DNA from: an uncultured Gammaproteobacteria bacterium
GTDB lineage: Bacteria; Patescibacteriota; Patescibacteriia; DYHP01
Direction of reading: 5' to 3'
Assembly: GCA_964525225.1 (NCBI GenBank)
Contig: CAZGDX010000002.1
Span: 1 to 59,435, forward strand
Length of the DNA: 59,435 nt
In this document: positions 42,718 through 51,536 of the stretch, one piece after another
Numbering within the stretch: position 1 is the stretch's first letter
How the letters are laid out: each line of letters opens with the position of its first letter
The notes under the pieces: model-generated
The model's database searches: none
Told to the model about the DNA's origin: nothing
Seen by the model: the letters and a program-made list of their open reading frames with translations, nothing else
Position numbers and translations under genes: made by a program

Positions 42718-43455
42718 TTACTCTCCCGGCGCCGGAACTTCAAACAATTTTCCGCTTCCTTTCGGGTCATAACCATTTTTAACTTCTTCTCCGTCAAGAT
42801 AGCTATCCTGGTCCGTATCAGGGTCAAGAGGGTCGGTTTTATACACCTTGACTTCGTCTCTGTCCAATAAAGCATCGCCATCAGTATCCATATTGTTTGG
42901 GTCAGTGCCAATCATTAGTTCTTCGTCATCTGTTAATCCGTCGCCATCGGTATCGGCGGGAATAATCTCTTCCGGCTGTTCCGCATCCGTTTCCGGTTCG
43001 GGAAAAATCCCTTCGGTCTCCCGCTGTTCTCCGACCGCAGGTTGCTCTTCCGTAGCCGGTTTTACCTGCTGCGACTTTAAAAAATATCCTCTGAACAGCA
43101 CCCATCCGCCGATTCCGGCAACCGCAACAATTCCGGCCAATATCAAAACCAGTAATTTTGCCCAGGACTTTTTCGGCTCTTCAAGCATCACACGTTCGCC
43201 CGTTGGAAGCGGCAACCCGCCTGCCACGTTACCCGCCCGCAACGCATTGCTCGCATTGGCGGACAAATCGCCGGAAATCGGCGGGCGTGGTTGCGGTTGC
43301 ACCGGACGCTGAGACGCAATGTGCGATTTTTGAGGAATTCCTGCCGGAGAAACCGATGAAACGCCCGGCGCGCCGGCAGGTAAATTTACCGGCGCGGATT
43401 TATCCGTCCCGCCAAAAATATCCTCCGGTTCTTTTTTATTTTGGTCATCAAACAT
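42718..43455 (-). CDS. Membrane-anchored protein with thrombospondin-type-3-like Ca-binding repeats
   Basis: 245 aa. Pro-rich N-terminus, one TM helix, DTDGDGLTDDEELMIGTDPNNMDTDGDALLDRDEVKVYKTDPLDPDTDQDSYLDGEE. Confidence 0.6.
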   Translation of the reverse strand: MFDDQNKKEPEDIFGGTDKSAPVNLPAGAPGVSSVSPAGIPQKSHIASQRPVQPQPRPPISGDLSANASNALRAGNVAGGLPLPTGERVMLEEPKKSWAKLLVLILAGIVAVAGIGGWVLFRGYFLKSQQVKPATEEQPAVGEQRETEGIFPEPETDAEQPEEIIPADTDGDGLTDDEELMIGTDPNNMDTDGDALLDRDEVKVYKTDPLDPDTDQDSYLDGEEVKNGYDPKGSGKLFEVPAPGE

Positions 43456-43486
43456 ATGAATTATGATTTTAATTCCTAATTTTTAT

Positions 43487-46400
43487 TTATAACTTGGTAC
43501 ATCTTGTGGTGCAACCGTCAGTTTCAACTATATTTCCATCATCACATTGCTCCGCGCCTTCCACGCGTCCGTTTCCGCAACGTTCAACTATACAATAATA
43601 GCATCCGTCACCTCTTGTATAATTTCCATCATCGCATTGCTCCCCGCCTTCCACGCGTCTATTCCCGCAACAGTTTATAGTAATAGTCGACGAACATTCA
43701 GGATTAGCCCTAGTAAAATAACATGTAGTTGTTGTCCAATTGCATTCTTTACAACAAGTTGAAGGTGTCATATCAGGAAATCTGCACAATCTCGGGTCCG
43801 CCGGGGAGCCGGTTGTGCATGTCAAATCATTTCCGTTATCGCATGTTTCAATTCCTGTTCTTACGTAATAATCTCCGCAAATTGCTCTCTTGCAGTTCTT
43901 AACACAGCTATCAGTATTGATTGCGTTCCCATCATCGCACTCTTCTGGGCTCTGCCTTATGCCATCTCCGCAGTTTGACGTTGTCGCGCACGCTCCCCAT
44001 GTGTTCCACGTGCATGTTGAACTGCAAGTTCTTGTCTGCGTTCCCGCATATCCGGTTACAGTGCCTCCGATACCGGTTATTGAAGTTAATACCGTGCAAC
44101 TCCGCGTTTCCGAATTTCTATCGCAATCCTCGCCTGTTTCCACTATGCCGTTTCCACAAACTATTGAAGGCGGAGGCGGTGACGAAGGTGGCGGCGGAGG
44201 CGGTAAAATAGGAGTTTCAAAAGTTTCTTCTATTGTGCCGGTAACTTCGTCCTCGCTTGCCACAACCGCGCTAACCGTCAGTAATGAACAGAAACTTGAA
44301 CAATAAACACAGGACAAACCCGGTCCCGGAGTGCAACGCACGCCGTTTAACGGGCCCATATCGCATTGTTCGTATCCGATTCTGACAAATCCATCGCCGC
44401 AATACGAAGTTTTACATACGTTTGTGCAGGCATCCGCGTTATTTAAATTTCCGTCATCGCATTGCTCGCTCCCTTCTTTAATTCCATTGCCGCAACTTCC
44501 CAAAGGCAGACACGCGCTCCATGCTTCCCAACCGGTACAATCCGTTCTGCAAACCCTTGTTTTTTGTGTCATATAACCGTCAGGGTTTATCGCGCAACCG
44601 GTATTATTCGTTTCCACATTGCCGTCACACACTTCTGTTCCATTTATAATGCCATCACCGCAATAAGAACCAACTAATTCCCGGCAATCCCATGAACAAT
44701 GCCCGTATTTTCCATTTAAAGAACCCTCATCGCAAACCTCGGTCCCGATTGGCGGCCGCTGGATTTTTCCATCTCCGCAACGCAATCCAATGCCCCGACA
44801 ATCCAAACGACAATGATTATAGGTTCCATTCAATGTTCCGTCATCGCAAACTTCACTGCCGTCTTTTATGCCATTTCCGCATTTGCTTTGTATTTCCGCG
44901 CCACCCGGAACCCCGCCAGTCAAAGCGCAATAATTGCTTATTTCAGCGCCTTCCCAGTCCGGGTCAACAAATTTTAATTCATAGTCAGGGCTTGAGGTGT
45001 AAAGACGACTCATGCGCCATCCTGCTTCGGGAAATTCTAGATTATAAAATAAATTATAATTATTTCCCAAGCAATTTGAATAAAAATAAACATATGACTC
45101 CGCGGTCCATAAAAATTTTCTGCTTACCGCGTTGTAGCACGTCTCGGAATCAAAGCCATTGCAATCTCCAAGATGGTTAAGCGGATCGGACGGTATGTCC
45201 GCGCCAAGCTCTGTTGCCAAACCATTCTGCCAGGAAGGCCATTTTGAATTGGTAAAACGCGGCATATAACTGCCTGCTTCCAATAACGGATAAACCGAAA
45301 CGCAACCCACTCCTGAAGGGCAATCCGCATCCGAAGAACATACCGCGCCGAAAATTCCGCATTTTTTGTGCGAAAACGCGTAATTTCTGAATTTTTCTTC
45401 CATTTCCCTTAAATCCGAAAACCGTCTTATGTCGCGCGTAAGAGAATCTTTTAAATCCAAATCTGTTATATTTGCCGCAAAACCGATATTTTCATAAATT
45501 TGGCTAAAAATATCCTGGGCATCCGCGCCGGCATTTTGCGTATGAGATAATATATATATATTCGTATAGTAAGAAATAAAACTGAACGGCGATACTCCTG
45601 TTACCGCTCTGTTAACCGCATTCACGTAAACTGTCCTGCCATCCTGCACTGCCTCAAAACCATCAACTTCAACTTTTATCGGCGCTCCGCGAAAGCCCTG
45701 ATTTTTATACCACATTGCCGGTGAAAAATGTTCTTGATTGGCCGAAACCCGGATGCCGAGCGCATCGCCGGGTTTGCAGTTAGATGATATTCCGCAATTT
45801 ACGCGTAAAATATATTCTTTAATAATGCTTGAAATCGGCGGAGTAGTCGGAACAATACTTAAATCTGGCAAATCATCTGCTGTCCCGTCTTCGCCGGCAT
45901 CGCGGCAATAATAAATCATAAAATTGGTGCTTGAATCAATATAAGGGCTCCAACTATTCTTCACACGCGCCGGCCAAGGATTTCCGCAAATCATCACAAT
46001 AACATCGGTTTTTGCGCTATACTTTTTTCCTACGGATGACTTGCTGGAAACGCTGTCTTCCGTAATTGTGGCTGCTGCTTCCACGCGCGTTTTTCCTTTT
46101 TTAATGAGCGGCGTAAGCATCCTGACACTTGGCGTAAAACCGGACATTCTCAATAAATTCTCATCACCGTTCACCCAGCTCCATGTCCAACTATAAACTC
46201 CGGGAATAGAAAATATTTCCTGCTCTGTTCCGCCAATAATTGAAATAGCCCTGGCGCGCGCGCTTTTGGTCTTAAAATCAACAAAACTTATGGGCGAACC
46301 CGGAGCCATCGCGATTTTATCTATGGTGCAAATATACGCGCCGGTAGTAAAATATGAAGAAAAATTTCTATACATTGCCACCCCGTCTTTGCTAAGCGCG

Positions 46401-49400
46401 CCGGTTTTAGACGCGTCATACGGATTCGCATCCCCGAGAATTGATATTTTATAACGTTTATCTCGTGTTAGCGCGGTATCCGGCACAAACATTAAAGTTG
46501 TTTTTTCGTCGTTATTTATTATGGTTATCTGACCCTTGCGCTTACAATATTGTGAAGACATAAAATCGGTTCCGGCCGGACACTCGCTTCCTTCCGACGG
46601 TTCAAGCAAATAAAAATTTTCCCGCAAACTTTTTTCATCCATCTCCCGGCTAAAATCCACTATAACAACCGAATTTCTGCAAATTGACGTGCTGTTGTTT
46701 GACGGAGTAACCGTTTCCACCACAGGTCTTGCGGCGCAACACCCGCCATTTCCGCATCCGATTGCGGATATGTTTGCGCCGCAATCCGAATCTGTTTTGC
46801 ACACGCACATCACTTCTAAAGTTCCCGCGCCGGAAACTCCGCTGGCAGAAGCCGTTATTTCAGTTTTTCCGCCGCTTCTCGCCACCGCGGTTTGCAAAGG
46901 GTCTACTTTTCTGTCTCCGGAAGGAGGATTTGGAAATTCACACTCTTCACCGGTTTCCAAATCGGCCGCAGTCGCGCCATTACCGCAAACAGAACCGTAT
47001 TTTACCAAAGAACCCTCATTCAAACATCGCGAATCGCATCCATCGCCGTTTAAAATATTTCCATCGTCGCAATCCTCGCCTTTTTCAATATTTCCATTTC
47101 CGCAACAATTTGCCGCGCCCTCTTTGGCGCAAGGATTTTTTCCTTCATTCAGACAATCCGCGTCGCATCCATCGCCGTTTAAAATATTTCCATCGTCGCA
47201 ATCCTCGCCGCTCTCTATATCGCCATTTCCGCAAAAAGAAATCGGACCGGAAATTGTTCCTTCGTTTAAACAATCATCACTGCACCCGTCGCCGTTTTGG
47301 CGGTTTCCATCGTCGCAATCTTCACCATCGCCTATATCTCCGTTCCCGCAAACAGACCCGCCGACCGAAGAACCTTCGTTCAGACAAATAGAACTGCATC
47401 CGTCGCCGTCTTCCGTATTTCCATCATCGCAATCCTCATACGAATCCTTTAAATTGTTTCCGCAAGTCAACGCGTTTCCTTCGTATAAACACCGCGCGCT
47501 GCATCCGTCGCCGTCTTCCGTATTTCCATCATCGCAATCCTCGCCTTTTTCATTTGACCTGTTTCCGCAAACGGGAATTCTAGGCGTTGTTCCGGTATGC
47601 AAACACAAATTACTGCATCCGAAAACAGTTTCTGAACGCGGCAAAACATCTAAAAGCGCGCCTCTGCTCGTAAAAAAATCCGCGACCGACAGAACAGAAG
47701 ACGACCACAGCCAATCATAATTTGTCGCGACAAGACGTTGTCCTTTCGGATTGCACTCATCCGGCGCGCCTATTGCCGCGACATTATAATTTTTTGTTTC
47801 TCCCACAAACCGCAAAATCGCCTGTTGGGGTTCCAAATTTACGTTTGAAATAGCGCAAGGTTCGCTTGAATCGCGTGTTTTGAAAACCCAGGAATAATCC
47901 TGATTATTGACACCGTAATTTGTTTTCGTAAGTTTAATTCCCGAAGAACTTTTAACTCCGGTATTTCCTCCGCGGATAATCACGCGGTAATATGTGTTTT
48001 CCGCCAAACCGGAATGATTAAAAGTCGCAATTAAATTTTCGCCGTCATATTCAACCGCTCCTCCCAATGCCCCGTCAAATCGGCGGCAATTTTCATTCAC
48101 GCAACGTAAAACCGTAAAATTTCCGCTTCTTATAATACTTGCTCTGTTCATTGGCGTATTAAACAACACTCCGATTTCCGCGTTTACGCAAGCGGTATTG
48201 CAGGCCGGCCATTTTGAAATAATTTCCGGATCGGTAAAATCAATAATCAACTGCCCAAAATCGGAAACTTTTTCCGTTATAATTTCCGCGTTTACGCGAA
48301 GCGCCGGATCAGGCACGGTCTCGGCTAATCCTGTAGCGGTTTGCGCGGCGTCAATATTCCCATCGGGCATTTCGCCGTTTTCTCCGCCGCCAATAAGGTC
48401 ATTATTGGTTATCGTGGCTTTCGGGGTGGGGTCTCCTTTTTCCGTCGTTACCGTCCAATTCCAATCGTAAGCGTTTGAATTTAACGTTATGCAAATATCA
48501 TTTTGGTCTAAGGCCGACGCAAGATATTCGGCCGTGCCATTCTTTCTTTTTATTGTATAACTTGCGGGATCAACTGCCACGCTTCCAACTTCGCACGGCT
48601 CTGTTCCCCCCCGGGTTGAGAATCCGAAACAATACGAATTTCCGGCTCCGCACTTTTGCGCGTCTTCCGCCATATACTCGCCATAAATATCCGCTCCCTG
48701 AATTCCGGTGGTTAAATAAACATAATATTGCGACAATGGAACAAAATTTCCTCCGGCCGGTATAAATTGAAAACCATTTTCATAGGCGCTAATCAATCCG
48801 CCAATCCGCGCCAAATCTCCGCATGGTTCTCCTGCTTCTCCGGAACACTTATAAACCAAAATATTTTCATCATTTAATGTATCCCTGTTTATATTCACGG
48901 TAAATCTCACGTTTACCGCCGCGTTTATGCAAACACTGTTTCCGCCCCGCCTTTTATTCCATGGAGACGGCGAAGGCGAAGCGTTTTCCCGGCATTCTTC
49001 CACAACCCTTGGCACGGTCGGAATAATTCCGGTTGAAAACCGCCAAACAAAACCGCCGGCTCTCGGACCGCCCGTGCAAACTTCTCCTTCTGGAACACAA
49101 ACTCCGCTGGCGCAACATTCCTCGTCTTCGCTACATCCGGATGTATTGCAATCCTGAACCGTAAAATTAACTTCATTACTTTTTTTTGCTCCGACAACCG
49201 CGCTCACTGCTCCGGTTTCCGCGCCTTGCGGAACAAAACTTGTAATAGACCTGTCGGTCCAACTCCCAATAGTCGCATTTTTATTCAGAGTAAATTGCAG
49301 TTGCCCGACCGATGTTCCAAATCTCTCCCCATAGACATCAATATTGATATTTTCCGGGCCATTATCAGGATTAAGACGGCAAATTCCCGGTCCCGCTGTT

Positions 49401-51523
49401 CCATCAGAAATTGAAAAATTTACCGACCCGCTTTCCGCGCCATCCGCGCGGACAACGCGAACTTCATAAGCTCCGTTCGCCGTATTTTCACTATTTAAGT
49501 ATTGTTGCGGAACTTTTATGGTAATTGAGTCATCGCGCCAATAATCATTGCCGCATTGCGCCGGAAAATTTGTCAAACCATTAGCTTCATCGCCACTAGC
49601 CGAACTTCTAAAAATCACCCGGCCGATATCACGCCCAAAATTCGCGCCTGAAATTTGAACATATTCTTCACGCGGACCGCTTGCCGGAGTTATCGCGACA
49701 ATTGAAGGAATAGTGCCAGCATCTCTTGAAATTGTCGTAAAATAAATAATGTTACTTTTCTCTTCACCGACAGTTATCTGAACGGGTTGCTTGCCTGTTC
49801 CGATATTCGGCACTGTGCCCTTTATTTCCGCGTTTCCCCACGATGTTGGCAAAATATCGCGCCCGCCGAGCATTGCCGAACTCTTTCTTTGCGTTGCGCC
49901 AAACTGACTGCCGGAAATAGTAATCGCATCGCCAGACAACCCGGTCCGCGGGTTAATTCCGCAAATTCCGGGGCGCGCGATGGTGTTGACATCAAAATCC
50001 GCAATCAAAAATCCGCGGTCATTATTCGTAGTATCGCATTCTCCGTTTGACGCGCAAAGCTGTATTGGACCATCTACCGCTCCGGCCGGAACCAAAACAA
50101 CAACTTCATCGTTTTGCCAAGCCGTGGAACACGGCGCGAGATTGGCATTGCGGTCATCGTCCGGGCTTGGAGTTCCCTGAAACACCACTTGTCCGACGGA
50201 AGTTCCGAAAAATTCTCCGGAAATTGTTATATAATTTCCAACTTTGCCGTTATTTGGAGAAACTTCTTCAATTCTCGGGGATGAAACACAAATACCTCCG
50301 CGACATAAACCGGAAGTGCAGTCGGCGTTTTCCACACAACTTGACCCGTCGCAAGCCCCGCATTCTTCGCCTCCGCAATCGCTTCCGTCCTCATCCGCGT
50401 CGCGTATGCCGTTAAAACAATGCGCGGGTCTGACATTTACCGAAACCGCGGATGAATTCGCGGTGTTTGTGTCAATATCGTAAGCGCGGGCTGTTATATT
50501 ATGTTTTCCGATAACCGCGCCTGTTGTATTCCATTCCGCAACGCCAATAAACTGAAGTGGCGTTGCCCCACCGGGCGCATCCGCGCCAACAAAAACATTA
50601 TCAATAAAAAATTCCACCTGCGAAACCCCGGCATCGTCAGTTACTAATGATTGCAAAATAATCATTGAATCCAAAGAAACCGATTCTCCGTTATCCGGCG
50701 CCGTGACACTTACGGACGGACCGCTCACGTCCACTAAATTTCCTGTTGTAAAATTGCCGTTGCAATCCGGAGCAAATCCGCCACAAACCAAACTTTGCCC
50801 GTTTGCATTTCTTAAATTTGTCGTAGCTCTTATATTATATGCCGTATCGGCGTCAAAGCATTTTCTGTCTTCGTTCGGAGCCGGGCAATTTGCGGACGGA
50901 GTAAATTCAATCGTGTTTCTCGCAGTAGTCAGAGTTCCGTCAACCGCGCTTCCGTCAGACGCGCGAGTAACCGTAAAATTTCCAGCAACAGTCGCGCCGT
51001 CCACTTCGGAATTGAATGTGGCGCGTACCGCGACATTTCTTATTGGCACGGCTCCGGACGGAGTAATGCCTCGCAAAACAAAATTTACCACCCCAAAACC
51101 TCCGCCTCCAACATCTCCTCCGCCTCCGACGCCTCCCCCGCCTTCCTCTGTGGCGCTAATTAAACTATTCAAAACAAACTGTGTAATTCCGAAAGCGGAC
51201 AATACTATAATAACGCCAATGATTGCGTTTTTAAGAATTTTTTTCGCGGTTTCCACCTTTTTCGGGTCGCCGGCAGCGGTCATCCATAAAAATCCGGCAT
51301 AAACTATGAGTCCCACTAAAATTATTCCAAGAAGCCCGAGTATTATACGGATAATATTCGCGATTGCGATAAAAACATTCCCAGTCGGCAATCCTGAAAC
51401 TTCGGATAACGCATCCAACCCCGCGGTTATTTGGGCGTTGACAATTCCGAATACCGCAAAAGACATCGCCACAACCGCAACGAGCATTAAAACTTTTTTA
51501 AGTTTTTTTCCTCCGGATATCAT
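43487..51523 (-). CDS. Giant (2678-aa) surface protein: pilin-like N-terminal membrane module, Ig/IPT domains, two blocks of CGNG...DCDDGN cysteine-rich repeats
   Basis: Single uninterrupted ORF. Signal peptide plus two TM helices (...YAGFLWMTAAGDPKKVETAKK...), Gly-rich linker, four IPT/TIG-like units (e.g. PRIEEVSPNNGKVGNYITISGEFFG), five tandem CGN..GEDCDDGN..GDGC..CL.EG repeats, a poly-Pro linker, and further Cys repeats to the C-terminus. Confidence 0.85.
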   Translation of the reverse strand: MISGGKKLKKVLMLVAVVAMSFAVFGIVNAQITAGLDALSEVSGLPTGNVFIAIANIIRIILGLLGIILVGLIVYAGFLWMTAAGDPKKVETAKKILKNAIIGVIIVLSAFGITQFVLNSLISATEEGGGGVGGGGDVGGGGFGVVNFVLRGITPSGAVPIRNVAVRATFNSEVDGATVAGNFTVTRASDGSAVDGTLTTARNTIEFTPSANCPAPNEDRKCFDADTAYNIRATTNLRNANGQSLVCGGFAPDCNGNFTTGNLVDVSGPSVSVTAPDNGESVSLDSMIILQSLVTDDAGVSQVEFFIDNVFVGADAPGGATPLQFIGVAEWNTTGAVIGKHNITARAYDIDTNTANSSAVSVNVRPAHCFNGIRDADEDGSDCGGEECGACDGSSCVENADCTSGLCRGGICVSSPRIEEVSPNNGKVGNYITISGEFFGTSVGQVVFQGTPSPDDDRNANLAPCSTAWQNDEVVVLVPAGAVDGPIQLCASNGECDTTNNDRGFLIADFDVNTIARPGICGINPRTGLSGDAITISGSQFGATQRKSSAMLGGRDILPTSWGNAEIKGTVPNIGTGKQPVQITVGEEKSNIIYFTTISRDAGTIPSIVAITPASGPREEYVQISGANFGRDIGRVIFRSSASGDEANGLTNFPAQCGNDYWRDDSITIKVPQQYLNSENTANGAYEVRVVRADGAESGSVNFSISDGTAGPGICRLNPDNGPENINIDVYGERFGTSVGQLQFTLNKNATIGSWTDRSITSFVPQGAETGAVSAVVGAKKSNEVNFTVQDCNTSGCSEDEECCASGVCVPEGEVCTGGPRAGGFVWRFSTGIIPTVPRVVEECRENASPSPSPWNKRRGGNSVCINAAVNVRFTVNINRDTLNDENILVYKCSGEAGEPCGDLARIGGLISAYENGFQFIPAGGNFVPLSQYYVYLTTGIQGADIYGEYMAEDAQKCGAGNSYCFGFSTRGGTEPCEVGSVAVDPASYTIKRKNGTAEYLASALDQNDICITLNSNAYDWNWTVTTEKGDPTPKATITNNDLIGGGENGEMPDGNIDAAQTATGLAETVPDPALRVNAEIITEKVSDFGQLIIDFTDPEIISKWPACNTACVNAEIGVLFNTPMNRASIIRSGNFTVLRCVNENCRRFDGALGGAVEYDGENLIATFNHSGLAENTYYRVIIRGGNTGVKSSSGIKLTKTNYGVNNQDYSWVFKTRDSSEPCAISNVNLEPQQAILRFVGETKNYNVAAIGAPDECNPKGQRLVATNYDWLWSSSVLSVADFFTSRGALLDVLPRSETVFGCSNLCLHTGTTPRIPVCGNRSNEKGEDCDDGNTEDGDGCSARCLYEGNALTCGNNLKDSYEDCDDGNTEDGDGCSSICLNEGSSVGGSVCGNGDIGDGEDCDDGNRQNGDGCSDDCLNEGTISGPISFCGNGDIESGEDCDDGNILNGDGCDADCLNEGKNPCAKEGAANCCGNGNIEKGEDCDDGNILNGDGCDSRCLNEGSLVKYGSVCGNGATAADLETGEECEFPNPPSGDRKVDPLQTAVARSGGKTEITASASGVSGAGTLEVMCVCKTDSDCGANISAIGCGNGGCCAARPVVETVTPSNNSTSICRNSVVIVDFSREMDEKSLRENFYLLEPSEGSECPAGTDFMSSQYCKRKGQITIINNDEKTTLMFVPDTALTRDKRYKISILGDANPYDASKTGALSKDGVAMYRNFSSYFTTGAYICTIDKIAMAPGSPISFVDFKTKSARARAISIIGGTEQEIFSIPGVYSWTWSWVNGDENLLRMSGFTPSVRMLTPLIKKGKTRVEAAATITEDSVSSKSSVGKKYSAKTDVIVMICGNPWPARVKNSWSPYIDSSTNFMIYYCRDAGEDGTADDLPDLSIVPTTPPISSIIKEYILRVNCGISSNCKPGDALGIRVSANQEHFSPAMWYKNQGFRGAPIKVEVDGFEAVQDGRTVYVNAVNRAVTGVSPFSFISYYTNIYILSHTQNAGADAQDIFSQIYENIGFAANITDLDLKDSLTRDIRRFSDLREMEEKFRNYAFSHKKCGIFGAVCSSDADCPSGVGCVSVYPLLEAGSYMPRFTNSKWPSWQNGLATELGADIPSDPLNHLGDCNGFDSETCYNAVSRKFLWTAESYVYFYSNCLGNNYNLFYNLEFPEAGWRMSRLYTSSPDYELKFVDPDWEGAEISNYCALTGGVPGGAEIQSKCGNGIKDGSEVCDDGTLNGTYNHCRLDCRGIGLRCGDGKIQRPPIGTEVCDEGSLNGKYGHCSWDCRELVGSYCGDGIINGTEVCDGNVETNNTGCAINPDGYMTQKTRVCRTDCTGWEAWSACLPLGSCGNGIKEGSEQCDDGNLNNADACTNVCKTSYCGDGFVRIGYEQCDMGPLNGVRCTPGPGLSCVYCSSFCSLLTVSAVVASEDEVTGTIEETFETPILPPPPPPSSPPPPSIVCGNGIVETGEDCDRNSETRSCTVLTSITGIGGTVTGYAGTQTRTCSSTCTWNTWGACATTSNCGDGIRQSPEECDDGNAINTDSCVKNCKRAICGDYYVRTGIETCDNGNDLTCTTGSPADPRLCRFPDMTPSTCCKECNWTTTTCYFTRANPECSSTITINCCGNRRVEGGEQCDDGNYTRGDGCYYCIVERCGNGRVEGAEQCDDGNIVETDGCTTRCTKL
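47010..47590. repeat. Tandem 105-129-nt coding repeats (five cysteine-rich modules) with long identical DNA stretches
   Basis: gcatccatcgccgtttaaaatatttccatcgtcgcaatcctcgcc occurs at 47036 and 47165. gcatccgtcgccgtcttccgtatttccatcatcgcaatcctc occurs at 47396 and 47501. Confidence 0.85.
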
Positions 51524-51536
51524 TGTTTTGAATTAA

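Noticed and set aside
46689-47720. 343-aa plus-strand ORF (and 46729..47391, 50703..51302, 44692..45180, 43890..44306) antisense to the giant gene
   Set aside because: These ORFs are low-complexity Pro/Ser/Phe-rich translations. They are kept open by the repetitive, codon-biased sense strand. The minus-strand 2678-aa frame has clear domain signatures.
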